Shown: piece by piece, positions 47,959 through 58,901 of the stretch | Layout: each line of letters begins with the position of its first letter | How positions within the stretch are numbered: the stretch's first letter is position 1 | DNA from: Nitrospiraceae bacterium | GTDB lineage: Bacteria; Nitrospirota; Nitrospiria; Nitrospirales; Nitrospiraceae | NCBI GenBank assembly: GCA_050246315.1 | Contig: JBFWWG010000003.1 | Span: 96,001-160,000 of the forward strand | Reading direction: 5' to 3' | Length of the DNA: 64,000 nucleotides | Notes under the pieces: generated by a model | Database searches by the model: none | The model's input: the letters and a program-made list of their open reading frames with translations, nothing else | What the model was told of the DNA's origin: nothing | Translations under genes and position numbers: made by a program

Positions 47959-49365
47959 ATGCACATCATCACGGTCGGTCTCAGCCATAAAACCGCCCCC
48001 GTCGAGATCCGCGAGCGGCTCGCCGTCCCGGAAAGTCGTCTGGGCGAAGCCCTGACCCGGCTCTGCTCGTACCCCGGCATTAAAGAAGGACTGCTGCTGT
48101 CCACATGTAACCGAGTCGAAGTGTACGCGGTCGTCGAAGCGGTGGATGCCGGCTATCACCGCGTGCAAGAGTTTCTGGCCGACACGCATCTCTCGCTCTC
48201 CTCCGAAGACCTGACCCCGCATCTCTATTCGCATACGGGCGCTCGGGCGATCGCCCACCTGTTCCGGGTTGCGTCGAGCCTCGACTCGATGATCGTTGGA
48301 GAGTCTCAGATCCTCGGGCAGATCAAGGATGCCTATGACGCGGCCTTGACTCATAAAGCCACCGGCGTCGTCTTGAACAAGGTGGTCAAGAAGGCCATTT
48401 CCGTCGCCAAGCGGGTCCGCACCGAGACCAAGATCGCCGAAACGGCTGTCTCGATCAGTTACGCCGCCGTCGAACTGGCAAGGAAGATCTTCTCGGACCT
48501 CAGTCAACACACGGTCCTGCTCGTGGGAGCTGGTGAGATGGCCAAACTGGCTGCCAAGCATTTCGTGGCCCAGGGCATGCGGCACATCCGCGTCACCACG
48601 CGCAATCCGGTCAACGCTATCGAATTGGCCAAGCGATTCAATGGGGTTCCCGTGCCGTTCGAGGATTTCCCGACCGAAATGATCGCGTCGGACATTTTGC
48701 TCTGCTCGACCGGCGCCTCTCACTACCTGATCACGCCCGAGCAGGTGCAGCATGCCGTTCGGCAACGGATGAACCGCCCGATTTTCCTGATCGACATTTC
48801 CGTACCCCGCAATATCGATCCGGCAGTTCGACACATCGACAACGCGTTTCTCTTTGACATCGACGATCTGAAAATGCGCGTCGAACAGAATCGGGAAGAG
48901 CGACTTCGCGAGGCGGAGAAAGCCGAGTCGATGGTGGCCGAAGAAGTCGGCGTACTGCAGCAATGGATGAAATCGCTGGAGGTCACCCCGACGATCGTGG
49001 CGCTGCGCAGCAAGGCCGATGCAGTCAAGAGGGCCGAGATGGAACGTCTGCAAGCCCGCTTGACCCGGCTGTCTCCGCAAGATCAGGAAATGGTGGAGTC
49101 CCTCGCCTCCGCCATCGTCAACAAGCTCCTGCACGGTACGATGGTCACCTTGAAAGCAGAGGCGGATTCCTCCTCGGGCGCCCTGTTTGTTGAGGCGGCG
49201 CGAAGATTTTTCAGCCTCGAAGAGGCGGCCGGATCAGTCCGGGCCTCGGCTCGGAACAACCGTCCGGAGGCGATTTCCGGTCAGGCGGAAGGTGACGCCG
49301 CTGGCCGAGGCGACAACGACCGTGTCCGCGCCGACGAGCCGGTGCGTGTACGGCAACCATCATGA
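47959..49365 (+). CDS. hemA: Glutamyl-tRNA reductase
   Basis: GLSHKTAPVEIRE, LSTCNRVE, GESQILGQ, DISVPRNID. Confidence 0.97.
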   Translation: MHIITVGLSHKTAPVEIRERLAVPESRLGEALTRLCSYPGIKEGLLLSTCNRVEVYAVVEAVDAGYHRVQEFLADTHLSLSSEDLTPHLYSHTGARAIAHLFRVASSLDSMIVGESQILGQIKDAYDAALTHKATGVVLNKVVKKAISVAKRVRTETKIAETAVSISYAAVELARKIFSDLSQHTVLLVGAGEMAKLAAKHFVAQGMRHIRVTTRNPVNAIELAKRFNGVPVPFEDFPTEMIASDILLCSTGASHYLITPEQVQHAVRQRMNRPIFLIDISVPRNIDPAVRHIDNAFLFDIDDLKMRVEQNREERLREAEKAESMVAEEVGVLQQWMKSLEVTPTIVALRSKADAVKRAEMERLQARLTRLSPQDQEMVESLASAIVNKLLHGTMVTLKAEADSSSGALFVEAARRFFSLEEAAGSVRASARNNRPEAISGQAEGDAAGRGDNDRVRADEPVRVRQPS

Positions 49366-49616
49366 CGCTCCCATTGCGAAGTGTGCGGGCCGGCTCGGAC
49401 GGATGACCATGCCTCTCCGGCTTTACCCTTTATCTTCCACATCCGGTCGTGTAGACCGACGCGGTCGGCTGTCATCGTGACGCTCGATCTTCGGTCCTCA
49501 CACTCTGCTGAATACGAACGCCCAATGAGGCAGGAACTCCGCCAGATGCCGGACCGATGTGCCCGACTCGCCTTCCACCAGCCGGTCGGATGCGCTGGCG
49601 GAAAGAGGAGAACGGA

Positions 49617-50558
49617 ATGAGTCAGCAGCCCCGGCGGCCGCTGGTGCTCGGCACGCGGGCCAGCAAACTCGCCCTACAACAAAGTCGTTGGGTGGCGGAA
49701 CAGATGATGCGCCTGAACCCGGGCTTGCATGTGGAGCTGAAGGAAATTCGCACCTCCGGCGACAAGATCCTCGACGTGCCGCTGGCCAAGATCGGCGGCA
49801 AGGGTCTGTTTGTCAAGGAAATCGAGGATGCACTGCTCACGCGAGAGATTGACCTGGCCGTCCACAGCATGAAGGACGTGCCCACGCATTTACCCGACGG
49901 ACTCGATATCGTCTGCGTCCCGCAACGCGAAGATCCACGCGACGCCCTGGTCGCTCGTGACGTCAAGCGGCTTGAGGATCTGTCCCGTGGGGCCAAGCTC
50001 GGAACGAGCAGCCTGAGACGGCAGGCGCAATTGCTTCACCGCCGACCGGACCTCGTCATCGAGATGTTGCGGGGCAATCTCGACACCCGCCTTCGCAAGC
50101 TCCGCGACGGCCTCTATGACGGGATTGTCCTCGCCGCGGCGGGGCTCAAGCGACTGGGTTGGCAAGACCACGTCACGCAGTATCTCCCGATCGAGGTCAG
50201 CCTTCCGGCCATCGGCCAAGGAGCCTTGGGTATTGAGGCGAGGAAGGACGATGCGTGGGTTGCCTCGGTTTTGGAAGGGCTGGAAGATTCCACCGCACGG
50301 GCGGCCGTGACCGCCGAACGGGCCCTGCTTCATCGTCTGGAAGGAGGGTGCCAGGTTCCCATCGCCGCCCATGCATCGATCCAGGGAGACCGGCTCCAGC
50401 TTATGGCTCTGGTCGGTCGGGTCGATGGTTCACTGTTGGTCCAAGATCAATCCGAAGGTCCACCGTCTTCTGCGTCCAGGATCGGAACCGATCTCGCCGA
50501 ACGCCTGTTGCGTCATGGCGCACGAGAGATTCTGGATGAAATCTATGGAAGAACCTGA
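49617..50558 (+). CDS. hemC: Hydroxymethylbilane synthase
   Basis: GGKGLFVKE, VHSMKD, GTSSLRR, LEGGCQVP. Confidence 0.97.
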   Translation: MSQQPRRPLVLGTRASKLALQQSRWVAEQMMRLNPGLHVELKEIRTSGDKILDVPLAKIGGKGLFVKEIEDALLTREIDLAVHSMKDVPTHLPDGLDIVCVPQREDPRDALVARDVKRLEDLSRGAKLGTSSLRRQAQLLHRRPDLVIEMLRGNLDTRLRKLRDGLYDGIVLAAAGLKRLGWQDHVTQYLPIEVSLPAIGQGALGIEARKDDAWVASVLEGLEDSTARAAVTAERALLHRLEGGCQVPIAAHASIQGDRLQLMALVGRVDGSLLVQDQSEGPPSSASRIGTDLAERLLRHGAREILDEIYGRT

Positions 50559-50563
50559 GGGGT

Positions 50564-52117
50564 ATGAGTACAAACCTTGGAAAAATCTATCTGGTCGGCG
50601 CAGGTCCCGGAGATCCCGGTCTCCTGACCCTGAAGGGGAAATGTTGCCTTGAACAAGCGGACGCGGTGTTCTACGACTACTTGGCCAATCCTTCCTTGCT
50701 CGACTACGTGCGACCGGACTCCGAGCGAATCTATGTCGGCCGCCGAGGGCGCGGAACCTATCTGGATCAACAAGAAATCAATCGGCAGATCATCGCCAAG
50801 GCAGGGGAAGGAAAGATTGTCGTACGTCTAAAGGGCGGTGATCCCTTTGTATTCGGCCGTGGCGGCGAAGAGGCGGAGGCCGTGGCGGCGGCCGGTTTGT
50901 CGTTCGAAATCGTCCCAGGCGTCAGCTCCGCCACCGCAGTCCCGGCCTACGCCGGCATTCCCGTCACCCATCGGACGCTGGCCTCGACCGTCGCCTTCGT
51001 CACCGGCCATGAGGACCCGCGCAAGGAAGCGGAACTATTGGAATGGTCCAAGCTCGCCACCGCAGAGGGAACCCTGGTCTTCTTGATGGGCATGAAGAAC
51101 CTGCCGCGGATCGTTGATCGATTGGTCAAGGAAGGCCGCTCACCCGAAACCCCCGTCGCCCTGATTCAATGGGGTTCCTGGCCCAAACAACGGACCGTGA
51201 CCGGAACCCTCCAGGACATTGTCGAAAAGAGCCAGGCTGCCGGGCTTGAACCCCCAACGACAGTCGTCATTGGCAAGGTCGTCGGCCTGCGCGACCACCT
51301 GAATTGGTTCGAACGGCAGCCCCTGTTCGGCAAACGTATTCTCGTCACCCGGGCCAAGGAACAGGCCGGAGAATTTTCCCGCTTGATCGCCGCTCAGGGA
51401 GGGGAGCCCGTGGAATGTCCGACGATCGAGATCGTCCCTCCTCAAACCTGGGAAGCGCTCGACCGGGCGATCACCCACCTCGCGTCCGTGGATTGGCTGG
51501 TCTTCACCAGCATGAATGGGATTGCACCTTTCATGAATCGGTTGTACAACCACGGGCGGGATGTCCGGGCTCTGGCGTCCGTGAAGATCTGCTGCATCGG
51601 CCCCCGTACCGCCCAGGAGCTGACGCAATATGGTCTGAGAGCAGACCTTGTCCCGGACGAGTATCAAGCCGAAGGCGTCATCGAGTCGTTTCGTCGGATC
51701 GGCGCCGCCGGAAGGCGAATTCTGATCCCCCGGGCCGAGGTAGCGCGCGAAGTGCTTCCCGCCGACCTGACGGCCATGGGGGCGACGGTCACGGTGGTGT
51801 CGGTGTACCGGACGGTGAAGCCTGAAGAGGCCACAGCACGGTTGGTGCAGCGGTTGACCGACAAGGCAATCGATATGCTGACCTTTACCAGCTCGTCCAC
51901 CGTGCGCAATTTTGCGAGCTTCTTCGAGTCGCCGGGAGCGCTGGCTCGACTCACTCAGGGTATCCCGATTGCCTGCATCGGTCCGATCACGGCGGAAACG
52001 GCCCGGGAGCTGGGCTTAACGGTGACGATTCAGGCCAGGGAAAACACGATTTCGGCGCTGGCCGAGGCCATCGTGGAATACTATGGTCGCGCTTCGCCAG
52101 ATAGGCAAAAGGGGTGA
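50564..52117 (+). CDS. cobA: Fused uroporphyrinogen-III C-methyltransferase / synthase (CobA-HemD)
   Basis: GAGPGDPGLLT, LKGGDPFVFGRGGEE, then a HemD domain with FTSSSTV and IGPITA. Confidence 0.95.
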   Translation: MSTNLGKIYLVGAGPGDPGLLTLKGKCCLEQADAVFYDYLANPSLLDYVRPDSERIYVGRRGRGTYLDQQEINRQIIAKAGEGKIVVRLKGGDPFVFGRGGEEAEAVAAAGLSFEIVPGVSSATAVPAYAGIPVTHRTLASTVAFVTGHEDPRKEAELLEWSKLATAEGTLVFLMGMKNLPRIVDRLVKEGRSPETPVALIQWGSWPKQRTVTGTLQDIVEKSQAAGLEPPTTVVIGKVVGLRDHLNWFERQPLFGKRILVTRAKEQAGEFSRLIAAQGGEPVECPTIEIVPPQTWEALDRAITHLASVDWLVFTSMNGIAPFMNRLYNHGRDVRALASVKICCIGPRTAQELTQYGLRADLVPDEYQAEGVIESFRRIGAAGRRILIPRAEVAREVLPADLTAMGATVTVVSVYRTVKPEEATARLVQRLTDKAIDMLTFTSSSTVRNFASFFESPGALARLTQGIPIACIGPITAETARELGLTVTIQARENTISALAEAIVEYYGRASPDRQKG

Positions 52118-52171
52118 AGCGGCGGCGGTTGACATGAACAGATTTCCTAACAGACCAAGGAGGGGGACAGT

Positions 52172-52573
52172 ATGGTTCCAGTGAAGTCGTTTATGATTCC
52201 TAGCGAGAAGTTTGCGACCGTCGGGCGCGACACGGATGTTAAGACGGCGGCCGTGATGATGCGCGACCGCAACATCGGCAGCCTCATGGTCACCAGAGGC
52301 GGCGATTCCAAAGATGTCATCGGTATCGTGACCGACACCGACATGGTGCGCCGCGTCCTGGCAACTGCCGCCGATACTGCCAAGACGACTGTAGAGATGA
52401 TTATGTCGGCTCCGATCTTGATGATCGACGAGAACAAGACGCTCTTAGATGCGAATGACATGATGGCCCAGTCCCACCTCCGTCATTTGGGCGTCTCCAG
52501 AGGGGGAAAGCTGATCGGCCTGATCTCGGTCAGGGATCTTGTGGTGTTTCTCACCAATTTACCGAGGAAATAG
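52172..52573 (+). CDS. CBS-pair domain protein
   Basis: IGIVTDTDMV, RHLGV..GG..IGLISVRDL; paralog of 26901. Confidence 0.9.
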   Translation: MVPVKSFMIPSEKFATVGRDTDVKTAAVMMRDRNIGSLMVTRGGDSKDVIGIVTDTDMVRRVLATAADTAKTTVEMIMSAPILMIDENKTLLDANDMMAQSHLRHLGVSRGGKLIGLISVRDLVVFLTNLPRK

Positions 52574-52578
52574 TCCCG

Positions 52579-53556
52579 ATGCCATTTCCTTCCGAACGCC
52601 TCCGCCGCCTCAGGCTGACCGAGTCGATCAGGCGGATGGTGAGGGAAACCAGCCTGAACCCGAGCGATCTGGTCTACCCGCTGTTCGTCCGCAGCGGGCA
52701 GGGCAGAAAGGAGCCCATCGGCTCGATGCCGGGCCAGTATCGCTGGTCGATCGACCTCCTGATCAAGGAGGCGGCGGAAGCCATGCAACTGGGCATCCCC
52801 GCCGTCATTGTATTCGGGATCCCCGACAGCAAAGACGAGCGCGGGACGTCCGCGTTGGACCCCAATGGGATCGTCCCGCAGGCGGTCCGGGCCTTAAAGG
52901 ATCAAGTGCCAGGGCTGCTGGTGATCACCGACGTCTGCATTGACGAATACACCTCTCACGGACATTGTGGAATCGTCCGCGAGGGGAACATTCTCAACGA
53001 CGAGACGCTTGATTGCCTGCGGTCCATGGCCCTAGCCCATGCCCAGGCCGGGGCGGATATGGTGGCCCCCTCCGACATGATGGACGGGCGTATCGGGGCC
53101 ATCCGTCAGGCGCTGGATCGAGCTGGGCATGAAAATCTGCCGATCATGGCCTATTCGGCCAAATATGCCTCCTGCCTCTACGCTCCGTTCCGGGAGGCGG
53201 CGGACTCCAGTCCTTCGTTCGGCGACCGCCAGTCCTATCAAATGGACCCGGCGAATCGCCGGGAAGCCATGCGGGAGCTCCAATTGGATGTGACGGAAGG
53301 GGCGGATATTCTCATGGTCAAGCCGGCCCTCCCGTATTTGGATATCATTGCCGCTGCCCGTGCAGCCCACCCCCATCCGATCGCGGCCTATCAGGTCAGC
53401 GGCGAGTACAGTATGATCAAGGCCGCCGCCCAGGCGGGATGGCTGGACGAGGCACGGACGATGATGGAATCGTTGGTCAGTATCAAACGAGCGGGAGCCG
53501 ACCTCATCCTGACCTATTTTGCGAAGGATGCCGCACGTCGTTTGCTCGCCGGATGA
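52579..53556 (+). CDS. hemB: Porphobilinogen synthase
   Basis: DVC..EYT.HGHCG, APSDMMDG, MVKPA, YQVSGEY. Confidence 0.97.
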   Translation: MPFPSERLRRLRLTESIRRMVRETSLNPSDLVYPLFVRSGQGRKEPIGSMPGQYRWSIDLLIKEAAEAMQLGIPAVIVFGIPDSKDERGTSALDPNGIVPQAVRALKDQVPGLLVITDVCIDEYTSHGHCGIVREGNILNDETLDCLRSMALAHAQAGADMVAPSDMMDGRIGAIRQALDRAGHENLPIMAYSAKYASCLYAPFREAADSSPSFGDRQSYQMDPANRREAMRELQLDVTEGADILMVKPALPYLDIIAAARAAHPHPIAAYQVSGEYSMIKAAAQAGWLDEARTMMESLVSIKRAGADLILTYFAKDAARRLLAG

Positions 53557-53558
53557 CC

Positions 53559-54524
53559 ATGCGCGTCATCCGAGACCTCGCGGGATATCAGCCGTCGCCC
53601 TATCCGGTCGCTACGATCGGCAACTTCGATGGGCAACACCGAGGACACCAGGCCCTGCTGTGCACTGTGGTCGAGCGGGCCCGGGCAGCCGGCGGTCAAG
53701 CCGTGGTCATCACCTTTGACCCTCATCCGGTTCGCATCCTGGCCCCTGACGGCCCCTTAAAATTCTTGACCTCTCCGGAGGAGAAATTATCGGCCTTCGT
53801 CTCAACCGGGATCGACGAGGTCATTTTTTTGGAATTCTCACCGGCTCTGGCTGAGCTGACGCCGGAAGCCTTTGTTCGGAACATCCTGGTCGACAGACTT
53901 TCTCTGCGGGAACTGTTCGTCGGGGAGCATTTCGCGTTCGGCAAGGGGCGGGCCGGCACGATTGTCGACCTTCAACGGCTCGGCGAGCAGTACGGATTTT
54001 CCGTCCATCCCATGAAACCAGTGCTCCGTGAAGGGGGCATCATCAGTTCCACCAAAGTACGCTCGGCAATCCTCGCGGGACAGATGGAACTGGCCACGGA
54101 GTACCTTGGCCGCCTCTATGCGCTGGAGGGCCTGGTCATCCGAGGAGACCAACGAGGCCGAACTCTCGGTTGGCCGACCGCCAACCTGGCCCTGCCACCC
54201 GACCGTGTGGTTCCCCCGGACGGGGTGTACGGGGCGTTGACGGTTCATGGAAGTCGAGTCTTCGACTCGGTCGCCTACATCGGGACGAGACCGACGTTCG
54301 AAACGCAGGGCAAGAGGATCTTGGAAGTCTACTTGCTCAACGAGCAGCGGACATTGTACGGTGAGCGCATTACGGTCCAATTCGTTTCCCATCTCCGTGG
54401 GGATATGTCGTTTCCGAATCCGGACGAACTCTCCCGGCAGATCCAGTTCGATGTCCAGCAGGCCGAGGCTTGTCTGCGAGCGGTGCGGCCAGAACTCCGA
54501 ACGAGGGCGGGGAAACCGGCATGA
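53559..54524 (+). CDS. ribF: Riboflavin kinase / FAD synthetase
   Basis: IGNFDG.H.GHQ, ISST..R, G.PTAN, G.RPTF. Confidence 0.95.
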   Translation: MRVIRDLAGYQPSPYPVATIGNFDGQHRGHQALLCTVVERARAAGGQAVVITFDPHPVRILAPDGPLKFLTSPEEKLSAFVSTGIDEVIFLEFSPALAELTPEAFVRNILVDRLSLRELFVGEHFAFGKGRAGTIVDLQRLGEQYGFSVHPMKPVLREGGIISSTKVRSAILAGQMELATEYLGRLYALEGLVIRGDQRGRTLGWPTANLALPPDRVVPPDGVYGALTVHGSRVFDSVAYIGTRPTFETQGKRILEVYLLNEQRTLYGERITVQFVSHLRGDMSFPNPDELSRQIQFDVQQAEACLRAVRPELRTRAGKPA

Positions 54525-56014
54525 GCCCATCCATCTGTGCGACTCACAGGTCGCCCTTCGTTCGCCACGCGGTCCAAACGATTCGTGCCCGTCGCCTGCT
54601 TGATCCCGGCATGTCGGTGCTGGTCGCATTATCCGGCGGACCTGACTCGGTGGCCTTGATGGCCTGCCTCCATCATCTGGCCCCGAAGTGGCATCTACGA
54701 CTGACGGCGGTGCATTGCAATTACGGGCTCCGCAGCCACGAATCCGACGAGGACGAAGCGTTCGTGACCGCCTTCTGTCAGCGCCGAAACATTCCTTTGT
54801 TGGTCGAACAGCTCCGGCTCGCGCGGCAGGCTCCCAGAGGGTGCCGCTCGGTGCAGGAAGAAGCCCGCGAGTTGCGTTATCGACTCCTCAACGAATTGGC
54901 ACTGCGTCATGGCTGTGATCGGATCGCGCTCGGCCACACGGCTGATGATCAAGCCGAAACCGTCCTCCTGTGGATGCTGCGAGGCGCCGGAACGACCGGG
55001 CTCGGCGGGATGCGGCACGATCGCCCGGGCTCGCATGCCCATTTCATCCGTCCGCTGCTGGACTGTTCACGAGAGGCCGTGCTCAGGTATCTCAAATCGG
55101 AAGGGCTGGCGTACCGAGAGGATTCCAGCAATCAATCAAGAGCCTACCGGCGCAATCGCATCAGGCACGATGTCCTACCCCTCTTGAAGGAATTCAACCC
55201 AGCCATTGTTCCTACGCTTTGCCGGCAGGCCGATCTGTTGGCTGAAGACGAGAAGGTGCTGCAAGGGGAGAGCGATCGCTCTCTCGCGCGCCTGTTGATC
55301 AAACAGGAACCGGATGCCCTCGCCGTCCAACGCGACGGCCTGCTCGCCTTGCCGACAAGTATCCAGCGTCGAATCGTTCGACAGATTTTGCGAACGCTTC
55401 ATGTCGCAGGCAAAGCACCTTCGCTGCGACGAGTCTCCGTACTATTGAACGAGATCGAACGGGCCAGGAACGGCGCCTCATTTCGAATCGGGGGGTGCAG
55501 GGCCACGAGGCAGGGTGATGTCGTGTGCTTCAAATCGGCACCGCTTCGCGAGAATCCTCGTCCACCCCGAGCGAGAATCAATCCACAGGAAGCAAGGCAG
55601 GGAATCACGTTGCCCCTGACCGTTCCCTCGACAGTCGTCTGGCCGCCGACGGGGCAACGGATCACCCTGCGATGGGAACCCTGGCAGCAGGGACTAGAAG
55701 CTTCGATCGGGAAGGGGCGATCTCTTTCCATGGCCTTCGACGCCAGCCGTGTCTCTCCGACCCTCTCCCTTCGTTCCTGGCAACCCGGAGACCGCTTCTG
55801 TCCGGCCGGCATGGGTGGTCGTCAAAAGAAACTTCAGGACCTCTTCACCGACTTGAAGATTCCGCGCGCGGATCGCGACCGATTGCCCGTTCTTGTCTCC
55901 CCGGAGGGGATCCTTTGGGTCGTCGGTTGCCGGGCAGACCACCGGTTTGCGCCCAGCGTCACTACGAAGCAGGTGTTCATGGTCGAAGTCGAACCCAGCA
56001 TCACAGCCCGTTGA
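54521..56014 (+). CDS. tilS: tRNA(Ile)-lysidine synthetase
   Basis: SGGPDS, GHTADDQAET, RPLL, D.SN....RN.IRH. Confidence 0.95.
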   Translation: MSPSICATHRSPFVRHAVQTIRARRLLDPGMSVLVALSGGPDSVALMACLHHLAPKWHLRLTAVHCNYGLRSHESDEDEAFVTAFCQRRNIPLLVEQLRLARQAPRGCRSVQEEARELRYRLLNELALRHGCDRIALGHTADDQAETVLLWMLRGAGTTGLGGMRHDRPGSHAHFIRPLLDCSREAVLRYLKSEGLAYREDSSNQSRAYRRNRIRHDVLPLLKEFNPAIVPTLCRQADLLAEDEKVLQGESDRSLARLLIKQEPDALAVQRDGLLALPTSIQRRIVRQILRTLHVAGKAPSLRRVSVLLNEIERARNGASFRIGGCRATRQGDVVCFKSAPLRENPRPPRARINPQEARQGITLPLTVPSTVVWPPTGQRITLRWEPWQQGLEASIGKGRSLSMAFDASRVSPTLSLRSWQPGDRFCPAGMGGRQKKLQDLFTDLKIPRADRDRLPVLVSPEGILWVVGCRADHRFAPSVTTKQVFMVEVEPSITAR

Positions 56015-56079
56015 GCAGACGGCTCGGCGTCCTAAAAATACCAGGCTGTTGAAGTCATGAAGACGAGACCAGAGCCATT

Positions 56080-56332
56080 GCAGAATGCTCAAACGGGCGC
56101 CATCTCGCCCGCCAAATCCCGGCGCGCCGAGACGCGCCTTTCCGCGGGCGCGCCTGTGTCGGTACGGAGGCGAAGGGGTACATCCTCCACATCCTGTGGA
56201 CCGTTCGCCGTTTGAGATGGTTCTTGACGGACGGAGAACCTTCTTTGGAGTTGCGCCTCTTCGCATGGCACCCATTGCAAGGTGAGCGAGGGGTGCCCCG
56301 AAACAATTGGTGAAACTCACTCAGCATTCTGC
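56080..56332. repeat. CAGGATG/CAGAATG-family MITE-like repeat
   Basis: TIR gcagaatgctca / tcagcattctgc (11/12); contains an inverted copy of the 41881-41927 module. Confidence 0.8.
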
Positions 56333-56344
56333 CAGGGAGGGGAA

Positions 56345-56893
56345 ATGGAGCGGATGTTCGGGCGACCTGTGGTCACGCAGGAGCAAATGCGGGCCAGGAT
56401 CAAGGAGCTTGGCAAGCAAATATCGGAGGACTATGTGGGCAAGGACCTTGTCTTGGTCGGAGTCCTCAAGGGAGCCTATGCCTTCTATGCCGATTTGGCT
56501 CGGGCGATCAGGCTGCCGATGCGGGTCGATTTCATCGTGGTCCGCAGTTACGGCGCCAGGTCGAAAACCACCGGTAAGGTCAAGCTGGTATCCGACCTGA
56601 CGGATGAGATCAAAGACCGAGACGTGTTGTTGGTGGAGGATATTGTGGATTCGGGCCTGACGGCCTCGTATCTCCTCAGGACATTGTCCAAACGCGAGCC
56701 TCGTTCACTCCGCATCTGTACCTTGCTCAGCAAACCGGATCGCCGTCGAGTGCATCCGCCCGTCGATTACATCGGATTCAACATTCCGAACCAGTATGTG
56801 GTGGGGTACGGTCTCGACTACCAGCAGAAATACCGAAATCTTCCTTACTTGGTCGCGCTTGATCAGGTGGCGGAACTCGATCAGGAGTTATGA
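56345..56893 (+). CDS. hpt: Hypoxanthine phosphoribosyltransferase
   Basis: GVLKG, LLVEDIVDSGLT, VGYGLDY...YRNLP. Confidence 0.96.
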   Translation: MERMFGRPVVTQEQMRARIKELGKQISEDYVGKDLVLVGVLKGAYAFYADLARAIRLPMRVDFIVVRSYGARSKTTGKVKLVSDLTDEIKDRDVLLVEDIVDSGLTASYLLRTLSKREPRSLRICTLLSKPDRRRVHPPVDYIGFNIPNQYVVGYGLDYQQKYRNLPYLVALDQVAELDQEL

Positions 56894-56988
56894 GGACGGT
56901 TGTCAGCCTCGGCTACTCTATGTTAGCATTTCGCAGCGATAGCTCCGCGCTCGTCGCAGACTCGTATCGTGGTGTGAGGAGGGATTGA

Positions 56989-58800
56989 ATGAATTCACGT
57001 GTGAAGAACGTGCTGTTTTGGGTCGTGGTGGCGCTCTTCATGATTCTCTTATTCAACCTCTTCAGCGTTCCGACGCACGCCCCCGAAGAAGAGGTGATTT
57101 TCAGCGACTTTATGACTCAGTTGGAGAAGGGGGAGGTGACCAAGGTCACCATTAAAGGCAGCCATATCAGTGCGATTCTCAAGGACGGCTCCCGGATCAA
57201 GACCTACACGGCCGACTATCCCGAGTTCGTGAAGATCCTGCGCGAGCGCAACGTTCAAATCGAAGCCAAACCCCCGGAGGACAGCCCTTGGTACATTACG
57301 TTCCTCGTGACTTGGGGACCGTTTATTCTTTTCCTGGGACTCTGGTTCTTCCTGATGCGGCAGATGCAAATTGGGGGAAACAAAGCCCTGTCCTTTGGCA
57401 AGAGCCGAGCGCGGATGTTGACGGAAGAGAGGAAAAAGGTCACCTTTTCCGACGTGGCCGGTATCGATGAGGCTAAAGAAGAGGTCGTCGAGATCATCGA
57501 ATTCCTGAAGGATCCTCGCAAATTCCAAAAACTCGGCGGCCGCATCCCCAAAGGGGTGTTGATCGTCGGCCCGCCTGGAACGGGCAAAACCCTGCTTGCC
57601 AAGGCAATTGCGGGGGAAGCCGGCGTTCCATTTTTCAGTATCAGCGGATCGGATTTTGTTGAGATGTTTGTCGGGGTGGGCGCCTCGCGGGTCCGTGACC
57701 TCTTCGAGCAGGGAAAGAAACACGCGCCCTGTATCATCTTCATCGATGAAATCGACGCCGTGGGCCGTCTGCGAGGAGCCGGACTCGGAGGCGGACATGA
57801 CGAGCGCGAGCAGACCTTGAATCAGTTGCTGGTTGAGATGGACGGATTCGACACGACCGAAGGCGTGATCCTGATTGCAGCGACCAATCGACCGGACGTC
57901 CTGGACCCGGCGCTGTTGCGTCCCGGACGGTTCGATCGCCAGATCGTGGTCAATCGGCCGGATCTGCGCGGCCGCTCCGAGATACTCAAGGTGCACACAA
58001 AGAAGGTGCCGCTGGCCGGCGATGTCGAGCTTGAAAAGATCGCCAGGGGAACGCCTGGATTTTCCGGAGCCGATTTGGAAAACCTCATCAACGAGGCTGC
58101 GCTGTGGGCCGCTCGACAAAACAAGAAAGAAGTGGAGTATGCCGACTTCGAAATGGCCAAAGACAAGGTGCTCATGGGGGCCGAGCGCAAGAGCATGATC
58201 CTGAGCGACGAGGAAAAGCGCATCACGGCCTACCATGAAGCCGGTCATGCGCTCATGGCGAAATTGCTGCCAGGGACCGATCCGGTCCATAAAGTAACCA
58301 TCATCCCGAGAGGTCGCGCGTTGGGTGTGACGATGCAGCTACCCACGGACGACCGGCACAACTATTCCAAGGATTTTCTGTACAACACATTGGCGATTCT
58401 CCTCGGCGGGCGTGTCGCCGAGGAATTGGTTCTCAAACACATTACGACCGGAGCGGGCAACGACTTGGAGCGGGCGACCGACCTAGCCAGAAAGATGGTC
58501 TGCGAATGGGGCATGAGTGAGAAGCTCGGCCCGCTGACGTTCGGCAAGAAGGACGAGGAGATCTTCCTGGGTCGTGAAATCGCCACGCGCCGAGACTTCA
58601 GCGAGCAAGTGGCGATTGAGATCGACCATGAGATCAGCCGTCTCGTCACGGAAAATTACGAGCGCGCCAAGCGCATGTTGACCGACCACATGAGTTCCCT
58701 TAAAGCCGTCGCCGAAGCGCTGCTGGAGAAGGAAGTCCTGGAAGGGACCGAGATCGACGACATCATTCAATCTTCCTCGCCGCAGCCAATTCCGGCCTAA
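56989..58800 (+). CDS. ftsH: ATP-dependent zinc metalloprotease FtsH
   Basis: Two TM helices, GPPGTGKT, second region of homology, HEAGH. Confidence 0.98.
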   Translation: MNSRVKNVLFWVVVALFMILLFNLFSVPTHAPEEEVIFSDFMTQLEKGEVTKVTIKGSHISAILKDGSRIKTYTADYPEFVKILRERNVQIEAKPPEDSPWYITFLVTWGPFILFLGLWFFLMRQMQIGGNKALSFGKSRARMLTEERKKVTFSDVAGIDEAKEEVVEIIEFLKDPRKFQKLGGRIPKGVLIVGPPGTGKTLLAKAIAGEAGVPFFSISGSDFVEMFVGVGASRVRDLFEQGKKHAPCIIFIDEIDAVGRLRGAGLGGGHDEREQTLNQLLVEMDGFDTTEGVILIAATNRPDVLDPALLRPGRFDRQIVVNRPDLRGRSEILKVHTKKVPLAGDVELEKIARGTPGFSGADLENLINEAALWAARQNKKEVEYADFEMAKDKVLMGAERKSMILSDEEKRITAYHEAGHALMAKLLPGTDPVHKVTIIPRGRALGVTMQLPTDDRHNYSKDFLYNTLAILLGGRVAEELVLKHITTGAGNDLERATDLARKMVCEWGMSEKLGPLTFGKKDEEIFLGREIATRRDFSEQVAIEIDHEISRLVTENYERAKRMLTDHMSSLKAVAEALLEKEVLEGTEIDDIIQSSSPQPIPA

Positions 58801-58901
58801 TCGAGTCACCCGGGGAGGGGGGTGAATCGCCCCATCCTCGGGTGACCGTGTGATCGCATATCCCGCTTCTTCATCGCTCAACCAACCCGGTCACAGCCTT
58901 C

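Noticed and set aside
56282..56344. N-terminal extension of Hpt given by the ORF track
   Set aside because: Derived from the MITE end; the RBS GGAGGGG supports the ATG at 56345
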